Notes under the pieces: generated by a model
The model's input: the letters and a program-made list of their open reading frames with translations, nothing else
Databases searched by the model: none
What the model was told of the DNA's origin: nothing
Program-made: the position numbers and the translations under genes
NCBI GenBank assembly: GCA_951406725.2
Contig: OX597834.1
Coordinates: 31,992,001-32,056,000, forward strand
Length of the DNA: 64,000 bases
Source of the DNA: Octopus vulgaris
Lineage: Eukaryota
Direction of reading: 5' to 3'
Shown: one piece after another, positions 41,701-55,769 of the stretch
How the letters are laid out: the number at the start of each line of letters is the position of its first letter
Numbering within the stretch: the stretch's first letter is position 1

Positions 41701-44336
41701 AGGTAAACCTCTAAATAGTAATGCGTAAATACTGGGTTAAAAAAAAACCTGAGATAGAAAAAGTCAAAGCCTGGGCAGCCTTCGACTTTTTTGTGTCCAA
41801 AAGGATTCTTAATCCAGTGTTCGTTGGACTCACCTGCCACAGACAAGGGATCTGCAATTTCTTACTATTAAAAGACCTACACAGATACTTAGCTTATAAA
41901 GTCCTCTACTATAGACTTGGGCTGACCAAAACCTTGCAAGTGGATTTGGTAGAAGGAAACTGAAAGAAGCCCATTGTGTGTGTGTCTTTTGTGTCAGTGT
42001 TTGTCCCCCACCTTTGCTTGACAACCTGTGCTGGTGTTTACACTTCCATAACTTAGCAGTTCAGCAAAAGAGACCAATAGAATAAGTACCAGGCTTAACA
42101 AAAAAATAAGTTCTGGTGTCGATTCATTCAACTAAAAACTCAAGGCTGTGCCCCAGCATGGCCACAGTTTAATGACTGAAACAAATACGAAAAAAATTAG
42201 TTGTTTTAGCAAACCCTTTCAAATTCTTGATTAGTTTTTCAAAATTAATTAAAACATTCAAAAACAATATATTTCATAAAAAATAACAATCAAGAAAAAA
42301 GTTTAAGATAAAGACATTTCCATGAAGATTCATTGAATGAGATCAAAACAAGACGAGAATTTTAGGAAAGTTTTTTATTATTTTTTTTAAAAGACAAAAA
42401 GAAATCAAAAATTGATATTTAGATTTCTTTGATGTGCTTATGAACACCACAAGTCTTCATTATTATCATTTATTATTATGATTTCAATTAATTTGATTAA
42501 GTCACCTGGAAAATGTGATTGGAACAACCAGGTCATGGCTTTTTTTTTTTTTTTTTCAAAAGTTGAATGGAGTTTGTACTAAAATATTAAAAAAAAAAAA
42601 CTAAAAAAAAATATACATAGAATGACAAGAAATAATAATGGTTTCAAAGTTTGGTACAAGGCCAGCAATTTAGAAAGGAAAGGGGATTAAGTTGATTACA
42701 TCAATCCCCACTATGTAACTGGTAATTAATTTATTGACCCCCAAAAGGATGAAAGGCTATGTTGACCTTGGCAGCATGTGAAAAGCCAAAAGAAATTTTG
42801 CAGAGCATTTCATCCAACCTCCAAACAATTCTAGTAGTTTGATGCTTTAGAGTCACAGAAAATAATTCTGACTTTGGCACAAGACCAGCAATTTTGGGCG
42901 GGCAGGGAGGAGGTTACGTCATCCCCAGAACTTGACTGGTCTTTATTTTATCAACCCCAAAAGGATTTGAACTTAGAACGTAGAGAGTTGGAAGAAATGC
43001 TGCTGAGCATTTTGTCCCACGTTAACCAATTCTGCCAGTTGGCTGCCTCAGGGGGACAGTGAATGTTAAAGCCCCAGATTTACGTGTGAAGGGAAGGAGG
43101 AAAGTAACTATGAAATGTTACATTTGAAGGAATTAAGCTGTGTTAGAGAAGAGAGAGGCCTGGTAAGGTGGAGGGTCACAAACTCCTTTTGACAAGGACT
43201 GCAAGATTTTGGTCTCTACACCTTACACCCACTGATGATGATGATGACAATGATGGTTTTCACATAATAGTAATAACTACACCCTTGCACAACACTGTTT
43301 GGCTGCAGTTGTTGAACATAGGCACATACAAAGGGCTACATACAATTTTGGTTAAGGACGGGTTCCATTGATTAGTTATATCAATTCCCAAGTACATGAC
43401 TAGTACATATATTTCTTCATCAACGCCAAAGATGAAACTTGCAATGTAAAGGAACATAACTGCTTGATATTTCATCCACCATATTACCATCCAATAATAG
43501 TCACCAGTTTTGGGAGTTGGGAAGAGAAAGAGAGGGTGAGCAACTAATTACATTCCCCTCGTTATTTGAGTGGGACAAAAGAACTATAAATAAGCGTGGT
43601 CGTGTGGTTAAGAAGCTCACTTTGCAACCACAGCTGCGTAGTTTTGGGTTCATTCCCACTATGTGGCATCTTGGACAAGTGTCTTCTCTAGTCTCAGATC
43701 ACCCAATGCCTTGTGAGTGAATTTGGCAGATGGAAACTGCCTGGAAGCCCGCTGTATCTATGTGTGTATATTTATTCTATATAAAATACACACACACACA
43801 TGTATATATACATTTATACAAACAATGTATTTTATGGCATATAAGACTCATTTTCCCCAAAAAGATGTCTTAGTTACTCCAGGACCTATATGCAAAATTG
43901 CTGTAAACATTGTATGCTTTAACGCACTAAAACCCTCTCCCGGATATACACTGCAGAAATTGAAGTGCATCTTTGATGCCATCAAGTACAATACGTGTGT
44001 ATATGTGGTTGTCCCCACCCCACCACCACTTGACAACCGATGTTGGTTTGTTTACATCCCTGTAACTTCACAGTTAGATGTAAGAGTGATAGCATAAGTA
44101 CCAGATTTAGAAAGAAAAAAAAAAAGTAGTGGTCAGTTTCTTTGACAAAGCTCTTGAAGGTAGCAAGTGCCCCAGCATGGCCACAGTCCAGTGACTGAAA
44201 CAAGTGAAAGATAAATACCTTGCTCTACTAATCCACCACCCTAGGCCTAAGGCCAGAAATCTGAGTGGGGAGGGGTCTTGATTAAACTGCCCCAATGGCA
44301 TGAAAAAAAAAATAGTGGTCAAGCACTGAGGTTGAT

Positions 44337-44898
44337 TTAACCCTTTAGCATTTAAACCAGCCATACCCAACCCAAATATTCTACCTTGTTTTATGTCCAA
44401 ACTGACCAGATCTCATCTTTCACACTGACCCAACAATGTCATTCTAAACATAAATAATCACATCACTGAAAGCCACCAGATAACGCATGATTAATTCAAA
44501 ACAATGTGAATAAATTGCATTTGACAGAATAATCTGAATTGCAAACGATTAATCAACTGTTTACCTCTGTCCAAATTTCAGACTGTGCCTAGGTTAAGAA
44601 ACAATTAACATTTCTGGCACAGGCAAAAGGTCTGAAAGTTCGAGGAGAGATGGACAGTCAAAACTGCCCCAGTTGAGATCTGTTTTGACCCCTTAGCATT
44701 CAGATTCTTCTGTTAAATGTAATCTTATTTATTTACGTTGCTTTGAATTAATTATGAAATACCTTGTAGCTTCAAGAATTTGATGATGTAGTAGTTTATT
44801 TTTAGAATGATATTGTAGAGTAGGTGTGAGGGAACCAGATTTGGCCAGTGGGAATATAAAACAGAATATTTTGGATGCTTTAAATGCTAAAGGATTAA
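44337..44898. mobile_element. Two piggyBac-like MITEs (TIR about CCCTTTAGCATT), opposite orientations
   Basis: TTAA|CCCTTTAGCATT start at about 44337 and AATGCTAAAGGATTAA end at about 44898. Relatives lie at about 34406-34620 and 58665-58892. Confidence 0.5.
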
Positions 44899-45232
44899 AG
44901 TAATGTAAAACAAAACCTACCAAAATTCCAGGTTAATTCATATTCTAAATACCAGCTTTATAATGACAAAAGTTAATTTATTAAATACATTATTTTCAAA
45001 ATTAACTGAAAATAGTGCAATTCAACAGAAATATCCTAAAAGAATTTTTGCACTTTTTTTAGTGGATCTTTCTGGTCTGAGTGAAGAATTTAATACTAAC
45101 AGATTTTATATTCCTCAAAGCAGTTGAAGTCAGCAACTTTGATAGAAAATTATGTAAGAAGGGATAAGTAGATCATCTAACCCTTTTCATATCAACCCAC
45201 TCAAAACTACCCTTGGTTTCAAGTCTCTAAAC

Positions 45233-45411
45233 CAGTGGTTTTCAACCAGGGTTCCGCAAGAAGTTACAAAACTGCTAAAATCGGCAGTAATTTTTAATTC
45301 TCCTGTGCAGATATGTGTGCATAAGACTATTAAATTATTGCACAGGGGTTCCTTGAGCCAGTGGAATGTTTCCTTGGGGTTCCGCTCCAGCAAAAAGTTT
45401 GAAAAGCACTG
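45233..45411. mobile_element. hAT-type MITE
   Basis: TIRs CAGTGGTTTTCAA / TTGAAAAGCACTG. The TSD is degenerate: CTCTAAAC / CTC-AAAC. Confidence 0.6.
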
Positions 45412-47744
45412 CTCAAACTATAACTTGCCACCTGCATTTCACGTTCATTTACATTTCAAACACCATCTTAATAACGACAAAGTTATTTTACTAAATTCTA
45501 GATTATTTTTCAAAATTAATTAAAATGAAAGCAGTGTATTTCTACAGAAATCTGGTTTGAATCTACATCCAGTCTAGATTTCAGTGACACTGCAGAAGAG
45601 GTTCAAACTTAAACTTCCAATATAAACAGATACGCTTTGTTGTTCAACTAATGCAAAGACCCAATAATGGTTACCTTTATAACGAAAAATAATTAGTTTT
45701 GATTTTGGTACATGGCTAAAAATTTTGAGGGAAGGGGGAAGCTGGCTACATTGACTCCTAGTACTTGACACGTACTTATTCTGTTGACCCTGAAAGGACG
45801 GAAAGCAAGTATGATCTCAGCACAATTTGAGCCCAAATAAAATGGCCCTAAGCATTTTGCCCAGCATGCTAAGATTCTTCCAGCTCACCCAATAATAATA
45901 ACAACAGTTTCAAATTCTGGCTCAAGGCCAACAATTGTAAGGGAAAGGGATGAGTTAACTGCATCGACCCCAGTGTTCAACTGCTACTTATTTTATCGAC
46001 CACAAAAATGATAAAAAGTAAGGGTGGAATTTGAACCTGGAACAGAGACAGATGAAATGCTGCTAAGCGTTTTGCCTGGCATGCTAACAATTCTGCCAGA
46101 TCGCTGCCTTAATAATAATAATCCTTTCTACTATAGGCACAAGGCCGGAAATTTTGGGACAGGGGACTAGCTGATTTAAAGATCTTAGAATTCTGCCAGT
46201 TTGCTGCTGCCTTATAATGGTTTCTGATTAGACACAAAACAGCAGCTTTAGAAGGTCTCAGTCGATACCATCGACCCTGATACTTTATTTTATGAAGCCT
46301 AAATGGGTGAAAGGTGAAGTTGATCTGAACGGGATTTGAACTCAGAGCCAGCAATTTTATAAGAGGAAGGTTTGACTGATACTCCAATTGATCGATCGAT
46401 ATCAGAGGGATGAAAGGCAACGTTGACATCAGTGGGGTTTGATCTCAGAACGTGAAGAGCTCGAAGTAATATTTGTCCGGTACTCTAACGATTCTGCCAA
46501 AGCGCCACCCTCTCGAAAACAATGAAATGGTGAGAAAAACAAAAACAACCAAATGTAGGAATATACGCAGTTCTTTTCTTCTTTTCAATTGTCTGGCATC
46601 ATTATACATACATACATAGGATACAGGCAATCTTTCGCAGAAAGCAATTCGTTCGGCAAATACTTTCAATTCTTTGAATCGCTAATGTTTAAGTACTTTT
46701 TGTGTATACACATGTAAATATAGATTCAAGCACAAGAGCACATATATTTACATATACACACAAGGAAAATACTTGAACGATTCAGCTGAAGAGAAAATTT
46801 AAAGATTATTATTTTTTTTGCGTAATTTGCAGAAGAAATATTTTCGCTTTTTATATTCTTTCACCGAAAGATTGCTCCCACTGGTCTCTGTTAAGTGGTT
46901 TAATAAGTTCTAAAGTTGTCAGTAGACGAAACTAATCGTTCTACAGTTTAAAGGTGCTTGCATCATCAATATAAACATTTGTTGTCAGGGAAAGGAAGAG
47001 AGGTGGCGGCAAGAAGAGGTTCGATATAAGCGGTGTAATAACGACCATCCCTCATTAACACACGTCATTTTTGTTTTCATCGGACTTTGAATGTATTATT
47101 TTGGTTTGAAATAACATTGTTCTCGCACAGACTGCACCCTCCACACGAACGGGGAAAATTCACCCACCCAACATGTAAATTGACAGTGTTTACAAGGTAC
47201 ACGTTTGTTTGTAGACTTCCAGGTCGACCACTCACCTATGAATATTTTGGCATTTAAAACAAAGATGAGGCGGAACAGGAACTTGTAATTTTAAAATAAG
47301 GCTCAAGGGAGCTATAAACACACACATAATATATATATATATGTATATATATATATATGTATGTATATATATATATATATACATACACAGTACCACATTG
47401 TTCATCACTTAAAAATAAAATCTTTCATTCAATAATATATCTGCTATACAACATCAACAAAATACAAAAAGAAAAAAAAAATGCAAGACAGAAAACTGGG
47501 AAGAGAGCGAGGTTCGAAACCCAACAAAGTAGTTCGGTGTTATTTTCGAGCCCCGTTATATATATATATATCTATGTACCACATCATTATTAATAAAATT
47601 AAATTTTGAAAAAAAAAAAACAGAAATCTCTCTCACTGTTGTTAGCAAACCAAAATTCTACATCAAAATAAAGATCTTTTCTTTTAAAAAAAAAAGTTGT
47701 TTTTTTTTTGTTTTACCAAGTCCTGCCATAAAGTTTTCAGAGTT

Positions 47745-48689
47745 TTACTGGGTGGGTAACAAGTCTATAGGGGTAGCGAACTTAAATTCCGAAGGGAATA
47801 GATCTCGTGCTCTGGGATACATCAGTTTATAAGACTGCCGTATAGTTACCTCTGCCACACCCGTCACCACACTAATTTCTCGCTGGGTTTTCTTGTTTTC
47901 GGAGGCCTGAGATGCCATATATATTGCGGCAGCTGCAACAGTGACGGGGCTTTTCCCCGGCACCAGGTCCAGATCAACAGCAGTTTTGGCGATGTGAGTA
48001 GCGGCTTTCTGTACATGGTTTGTCATGCTTAGACTGGAACAGAACCGAGACATGAAGTCCCCGGTGGTAATTAAGTCAACATTGGTCTCTAGTGTCTTTA
48101 GAATCAACTTGAACGTTCGTCCGATTTCCTTCTTGGATACTTTCGAAACGGCGCAGATTTCTTTGAAAGTCCTCGGAACCCCTTCTTGTCGACAGGCGAT
48201 GTACATACACGCTGAAGCGATCGCATCGTTTGCCCTTCCTTTCAAGGATTTGCTCTCGTGGACCTGTTTAAACAAAGTGTTGGCTTGATCGGCAATCATC
48301 GTGGGTAGATTGAGCCGTTCGGACATTTGGCTGATTTCACGGAAAGCTGTTAACAGGGTTCGGTCAGATACGCTGAGGTTCCTTCGACTGTGGTACATGG
48401 GTTTGCCGTTGTCGTCCAGTAGTGTATCGCCCGAGGAAGTGGCTATCATTGTAGACAGGTCCCCGCCGTCCAGCAGAGGGTTTTCGGCGGCACCGACACG
48501 CGACGCATCTTTGGTGTTCTTGTCGTTGTTGAAGGTACGCCATTCGGAACCGACATCGATGACTCGGTCACCGACGACCAGACCACACTCGGAACATATC
48601 ATATCTCCGGCATGATAGTCCTCGATCAGAGGAGAATCCGGGTGAGCTGAACAGTGCAAGCGAGCCATTCGCGAAGCCCTTAACGCCAT
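47745..48689 (-). CDS. GTF2B: Transcription initiation factor IIB, single coding exon, 314 aa
   Basis: Uninterrupted ORF with a Zn ribbon (C13-x2-H16...C32-x2-C35), B-reader SEWRTF, and two cyclin repeats ([28 protein letters not shown]; [18 protein letters not shown]...TIRQSYK). It is colinear with full-length animal TFIIB. Confidence 0.96.
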   Translation of the reverse strand: MALRASRMARLHCSAHPDSPLIEDYHAGDMICSECGLVVGDRVIDVGSEWRTFNNDKNTKDASRVGAAENPLLDGGDLSTMIATSSGDTLLDDNGKPMYHSRRNLSVSDRTLLTAFREISQMSERLNLPTMIADQANTLFKQVHESKSLKGRANDAIASACMYIACRQEGVPRTFKEICAVSKVSKKEIGRTFKLILKTLETNVDLITTGDFMSRFCSSLSMTNHVQKAATHIAKTAVDLDLVPGKSPVTVAAAAIYMASQASENKKTQREISVVTGVAEVTIRQSYKLMYPRARDLFPSEFKFATPIDLLPTQ

Positions 48690-48924
48690 CGGTAAGGTTA
48701 TTTGTTTGCTTTTGCTTAAACTTGAGACGATAATGTAACAATTAATGAACTGTTATGAATGGAACAGAGGTAGAAAGACATGCATACATATATATATACA
48801 CAGATATATATACATATAATGTGTATAGATATGTTTTTAAACAAAGGAGCGAATGTATTGAGTCAAATAATCCATCGACAACTGACTTCTCACAACTTGA
48901 AATGTCTCACTTATACATAATTCT

Positions 48925-48966
48925 ACTTCCGATTCTGCGCACGCGTTACAGAAACCGACCAATCAG
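48925..48966. promoter_or_regulatory. Candidate TFIIB promoter: ETS, NRF1-like and CCAAT motifs
   Basis: ACTTCCG at 48925-48931, TGCGCACGCG at 48936-48945 and GACCAATCAG at 48957-48966. They form a CpG-containing patch about 240-280 nt upstream of the ATG. Confidence 0.5.
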
Positions 48967-49076
48967 CATTGCTTTTACAATTTAACTTCGATATTAATTA
49001 TCGTCTTCGACGACGAATTTCTGTTTTCACAATTAGTTCCGTGAAGAGGAAGAGACACTCACGTACAGGGAAACAC

Positions 49077-49079
<3 letters not shown>

Positions 49080-49115
<36 letters not shown>

Positions 49116-49660
49116 TATTATACATACATATATATACATATATTATACATACATTCATATATATATTATACATACATACGTACATATATATTATACATAC
49201 ATATATACATTTATATTATACATACATATATATATATACATATATATTATACATACATATATATATATACATATATATTATACATACATATATATATATA
49301 TACATATATATTATACATACATATATATATATACATATATATTATACATACATACATATATTATACATACGTACATATATATTATACATACATACATATA
49401 TATTATACATATATACATTTATATTATACATACATATATACATTTATATTATACATACGTATATACATTTATATTATACATACATATATACATATATATT
49501 ATACATACATATATACATATATATTATACATACATATATATACATATATATTATACATACATATATATACATATATATTATACATACATACGTACATGTA
49601 TATTATAGATACATATATACATTTATATTATACATACATACATATATATACTTATATAGA
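49080..49660. repeat. AT-rich degenerate minisatellite (about TATATTATACATACATA)
   Basis: Visible directly. It produces the spurious 238-aa Tyr/Ile/His ORF. Confidence 0.88.
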
Positions 49661-51869
49661 TTTTCTAATGAAACTACAGGAGTAGGTGAAAGCGCTAATA
49701 TGAAGAAATAATATGTGATATGTAAATAAATATATATTTTTACAACCATCCAGCATTCTGAACACCTTTTTTCTTTCATATATATTTATATAAATCTATA
49801 TATACATATAATCTCAATGCACACACAAATATAAATAAACTGACACACAGGCACAGTCTTAGTACACTTACACTTAACAGGACCGCACACACATACATAC
49901 ATACACTCAATGCACACAATAAAATGCTTTGTACAGACATACAAATTCATGCTTAGTAGATCACACAGTCAAATGCACTCTTAAGTACGCACACACACTC
50001 TCACACTTAACAGAACACACGAACACAAATGCACTCTAAACACAAGTGCACACTTAATACGCTTGCTTCCACCTACGCCTTTGAATGATGAGTTCACAGA
50101 GTCTGACAAGATTGTTTTGCTTTTCTGTGATTCTCAAGCTGTCAGAATCCCAACTAAACGCAATCACACACACAGACACGCATCGCTCTAATTTATTTTT
50201 GGGTTTCCTGAAGTCTGTCGTGTGAAATAAACAAACCGACATTTATTAATCGGAAATAGAACGTCTGATTCGTTTGCCAATGCACACGCGAAATGTATGC
50301 ACTTGCATCTTTTTATCTCTATCTTGTTTCAGGCATTTGACTGCGGCCATGCTGGGGCAATGCATTAAAGGGATTCTAGTCGAACGAATCGACTTCATTG
50401 TTTGTTTTTTTTTTGAAGCCTGGTTCCTATTCTAAGTTACAGGAACGTAAACAAAACAAACCCGGTTGCCACGCAGTGGTGGTGGACAAACGCATGCACA
50501 CCCGTGCGCGTATTGGGTTTCCTTTCAGTTTCCGTCTACCAAATCCACTCACAAGACTACAGTTGATCCGGGGCTATAGTTGAAAATACTTGCCCAAGAT
50601 GCCGTGCGGTGGGGCTGAACCCTAGGCCACACGATTGGAATGCAAACCTCTTAACCACACAGCCACGCTGTGTTGTAACTCTGTCTCACCTAAGAGTTTA
50701 ACACCAATTGAGCTCAAATCAAATCCATTCCAGCCTTGCCCATTCCATTTTTTTACCGCGATATAGTATATTTAACTACATTATCTAATGTACCTGTTTT
50801 ATAGTACGATGATCGGGTGTGATTTGAAAAGAAAAAAAAATTGACTGCTATTTTTAGCAGGAGAGACACCGCACAGAAGCTCCCTGGTTGGCAAATAGGC
50901 AAAAACATGAACATCACATTGGGATTGTCAGAGCAAGCAGGCCGCATGGGACATGGATCATCATCATCATCAGGCTGGCAGCACTACTTAAAAAAAAAAA
51001 AGAGAGAAAAGAAAGAAATAGAATGTAATTCTTCGCTTGGCGAGCCATTCAGAAAGGCTCGCGGGCCGCAGGTTGCCTTTGTTTTAGAGATTGTCATTAA
51101 AAATTTAAATATTGCTTGAACAGGAAAAGACAACCGAGTTATTTCCCTTTATATGTACATTGTCATTTTTATACTTTTTTGACGCATCCAAACAATTTGA
51201 GTTGGAGAAGCAGAACAATAGAAGAAATATATCTTGCAATCAACAGACACATTTTGTCCAATTCCAGGCAAAACCAAAAATCGCGTTTGTCCCCATTGTG
51301 ACTTCATAGCAAAGTCCTTACACTGACTCAAATTACATTCGCACATCCATCGTAAATAGATGCCGCTTCTTTTATTTTTAAAATCCTTTTCTTTCAGACT
51401 CATACGTTGAATTCGAGTAACCAACATACCCTTTTACTTGTTTCAGTCATTTGACTGCGGCCATGCTGGAGCACCGCCTTTAATCGAGCAACTCGACCCC
51501 GGGACTTATTCTTTTGTAAGCCCAGTACTTATTCTATCGGTCTCTTTTGCCGAACCGCTAAGTGACGGGGACATAAATACACCAGCATCGGTTGTCAAGC
51601 AATGCTAGGGGACAAACACACACACGCATATATATATACATATATACGACGGGCTTCTTTCAGTTTCCGTCTTCCAAATCCACTCACAAGGCTTTGGTTG
51701 GCCCGTGGAAAAAAAAAATACCCCACAGTATTTGATTTGATTCTCTACATTTCAAGTTCAAATCCAGTTGAGGTCATTTTTACCTTTAATCACTTCCGGG
51801 GTTAATAAAATACAACGCCAGTTTAGTACTGGAGTCAGTATGGTGGACTAACCCCCCACCCCCAACAAA

Positions 51870-54800
51870 ATTGCTTCAAGTTTTGGGCACAAGGCCAGCA
51901 ATTTTATGGAGTGGGGATCAAATAGACCACAACAACTCTGGTACTTGACAGGTACTTTATTTTATTGATCTCATCATCATCATCATCATCGTTTAACGTC
52001 TGTTTTCCATGCTAGCATGGGTTGGACGGTTCAACCGGGGAACTGGGAAGCCAGAAGGCTGCACCAGGCTCCAGTCTGATCTGGCAGTGTTTCTACAGCT
52101 GGATGCCCTTCCTAACGCCAACCACTCCGTGAGTGTAGTGGGTGCTTTTTACATGCCACCTGCACAGGTGCCAGACAAGGCTGGCAACGGCCATGATCGG
52201 ATTGGTGCATTTTACGTGCCACCGGAAGCCAATCAATAGGATGAAAGGCTAAGTCAACTTCAGTGGAATTTTAAGTCAGAAGGAATACTGCTGAAGCTTT
52301 TTGTCTGATGCCCTAATGGTTTGGACAGCTTATTTCCTTAATTCTTTCTCCTATAGGCACAAACACCTGAAATTTGTAGGGAGGAGGTAGTTGATTAGAT
52401 CAGCCCCAGTTTTCAACTGCAACTTATTTTATTGAACCTGAAAGGATAAAAAGTAGTTGACCTCAGCAGGATTTGAACTCAGAATGGAACAAGTCAGGAA
52501 AAATGCTGCTGAACTTTTTTTGTCTGAGGCTCTAATGGTTTGGCCAGCTCGTTGCTTTCAATAATCCTTTCTTGCTATAGCACAAGGCCGGAAATTTTGG
52601 AGGCGGGGTCTAGTCGGTTACATTGACCCCAGTGTTTCGCTGGTACTTATTGCAACCAGTGAAATACCTATTTCTTTATTACCCACAAGGGGCTAAACAC
52701 AGAGGGGACAAACAAGGACAGACATAGGTATTAAGTCGATTACATCGACCCCAGTGCGTAACTGGTACTTAATTTATCGACCCTGAAAGGATGAAAGGCA
52801 AAGTCGACCTCGGCAGAATTTGAACTCGGAACGTAATGGCAGATGAAATACCTATTTCTTTATTACCCACAAGGGGCTAAACACAGAGGGGACAAACAAG
52901 GACAGACATAGGTATTAAGTCGATTACATCGACCCCAGTGCGTAACTGGTACTTAATTTATCGACCCTGAAAGGATAAAAGGCAAAGTCGACCTCGGCGG
53001 AATTTGAACTCACAACGTAACGCAGACGAAATACCACTAAGCATTTCGCCCAATGTGCCAACAATTCTACCAGCTCACTGCCTGAACTTGTTGCTTTAAT
53101 AATACTTAATCATTCTAAGGTGGCGAGCTGGCAGAAATGTTAGCATACCGGGCAAAATGCTTAGCGGTATTTCATTTGTCTTTATGTTCTGAGTTCAAAT
53201 TCTGCCGAGGTCGACTTTGCCTTTCATCCTTTCAGGGTCGATAACTTAAGTACCAGTTACGCAATGGGATCGATGTAATCGACTTAATCCGTCTATTTGT
53301 CCTTGTTTGTCCTCTCTGTGTTTAGCTCCTTGTGGGTGGTAAAGAAATAGGTATTTCATCTGTCTTTGTGTTTCGACCCCGAAAGGATGAAAGGCAAAGT
53401 CGACCATGGCGGAATTTGAACTCGGAATGTAATGGCAGACGAAATACCTATTTCTTTACTACCCACAAGGGGCTAAACACAGAGAGGACAAACAAGGACA
53501 GACAAAGGGATTAAATCGATTATATCAACCCCAGTGCATAACTGGTACTTATTTAATTGACCCCGAAAGGATGAAAGGCAAAGTCGACCTCGGCGGAATT
53601 TGAACTCAGAACGTAGTGGCAGACGAAATACTGCCTAGTATTTCGCCCAGTGTGCTAACGTTTCTGCCAGCTCGCCGCCTTAATGAGAACAAGGATTGTG
53701 GAGGTAGTGGTGGTGGTGATGGTGATAAGAAAATGATGACATGAAAAAACAAGACAGAATAGGAAGTAGATAAAGACAAATGATAGAAACCATTAGAAAA
53801 TGGTCAAAGGAAAGCAAAAATGAAGAAGAAAAATGGAAGACAAAGAGAATGTGGAAAATAAAAATAGTAAAAGGACAAAAAAACAAGAGTGACTTTAGTT
53901 AACAAATTTACTTTCATTCATGTGTTCACATATCTACAGTCAATATTTCGGTAAAAGAGGCAGGATAGCACTAATAAGTTCTTTCTTTGAGAGGAGCCAT
54001 CAGTGTTAAGGCCGTGTGAAGCAACTTTATTTATTTATATATTTTTGTTTTTTTGGGGGTTTTTTTTTGCATTTTTTTTCTAAGAAAATATAAATTTCAT
54101 TTTATTTTATTTCTAAATTAAAAAAAAAACGTTTTTTGTTGTCCTCCCTAAATATTTCTTGACAGGGGTGGGTGTCTTTTGTTGCCACTGTTGCTGTTGT
54201 TGTTGTAGCACAATAGATCTGGTGGTTTCTGCTTGGAATTTGAACTTAATTGATCCATTGAATGGTAGCGCCAGTTCAAAATCAACTGTTTTCTGATGAT
54301 GGAAATTATCACAACCAGTGACACCACACATCGTTATCTTTCACCCACGACACCAAAAAAATGTTGTAGATTGTCAGATTTACTAAAGTAAGCCGTAATA
54401 TTCTGGGCGAATTGAATAAAGCAAAGAGAAACCTCTAAATGTTCTTTGAATAATAATAATAATAATAATAATAATTTAAGATACCAGGTACGATTTGAAC
54501 TCAGAATATAAAAGAACACATCAAAAACTGAAAGGCAGTTTCATCTCTATCATTTCTGCTACTGTAAGCCCAAGGCCTGAAATTTGGGGAAAGGTGGATA
54601 GTCAATTACATTGACCCCTAATGTTTAACCAGTAATTTATTGACCCTGAGAGATGAAAGGCAAAGTCAAGCTCAGCGGAATTTGAACTCAGGACGTAAAA
54701 ACAGATGAAATACCACTAAGCATTTTGCCTGGCATGCTAATAATTCTGCCAGCTTACTGCCTTCTCTATAATAATAATAATAATTTTTGCTACTGGAAGC

Positions 54801-55260
54801 ACAAGACCTCAAATTTTGGGAAGGGATTCAGTTGATTACATTGACCCCAGTGTTTCACTGGTACTTATTTAATCGACTCCAAAAGGATAAAAGGCAAAGT
54901 TGACCTCAGTGGAATCTGAACTCACAACGTAACAACAGGCAAAACACCGCTAAGCATTTCATCCAGTGTGCTAACAATTCTACCAGTTTGCCACTTTAAT
55001 AATAATAATAACTATTATTATTTCAAATTTTGCCACAAGGGCAGCTTGGGGGAGGTGGGGATAAGTCAATTACATTGACCCCAGTGCATAACTGGTACTT
55101 AATTTATCGACCCCCAAAAGGATGAAAGGTAAAGTTGACCTCGGCGGAATTTGAACTCAGAACATATCAACAGGTAAAAAAAATACCGCGAAGCATTTCG
55201 TCCCAAGTGCTAACCATTCTACCAGCTCACCGTCTTAATAATAATAATAATATTAACAAT
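51870..55260. mobile_element. Dense SINE B cluster (more than 10 copies, mostly minus strand; one inverted copy at about 53118-53370)
   Basis: Repeated GATTACATCGACCCCAGTG...GGATGAAAGGCAAAGTCGACCTCGGCGGAATTTGAACTC units, joined by (AAT)n or by the fixed 184-bp junction. Confidence 0.8.
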
Positions 55261-55769
55261 AGCTGCCTTGGGAATGATTAAAAATTATGCACACTAGTAG
55301 CAACCAAAACCCCTGCACTTACAATTATGCTCAATATACAGAAAATAGCATTACAAGGCATCACACACATTAGAAATAAGTCTAAAGAAGAAGAAAAAAA
55401 AGAAAATAAGAGTCACCCACATGAGCCAATAAAGTTTCCACTACACAGTTGTTCAGCCCTGTTATAAATAGCTGCTGTATCTCTCTCTCTCTCTCAAACT
55501 GATTACTTTTGTAAAGATAAAAAAAGATGGTGGACGTGGTGGTGTTGGAAAACACACTGAATAAGGTAGTCCTAGATATACTATGTCTGAATAAAATAAA
55601 TAACAGGAACAATCGTGACTAAATGAAGGCCTAGTCGTTAGGATGTTGGGAAGATGATTGTTTGATCAGGAGTTCAATTCTTGGACCGGGCAGTGCATTG
55701 TGTCCTTAAGCAAGGCATTTCATTCCACAATAAAGCATATTGTCTCTGGCTGCCCAGTCCTGGCCAGCA

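Noticed and set aside
48025-48615. Plus-strand ORFs of 87 and 104 aa
   Set aside because: They are antisense shadows of the TFIIB coding sequence.
48969-49685. 238-aa Tyr/Ile/His-rich ORF
   Set aside because: It is a translation of the AT-rich satellite.
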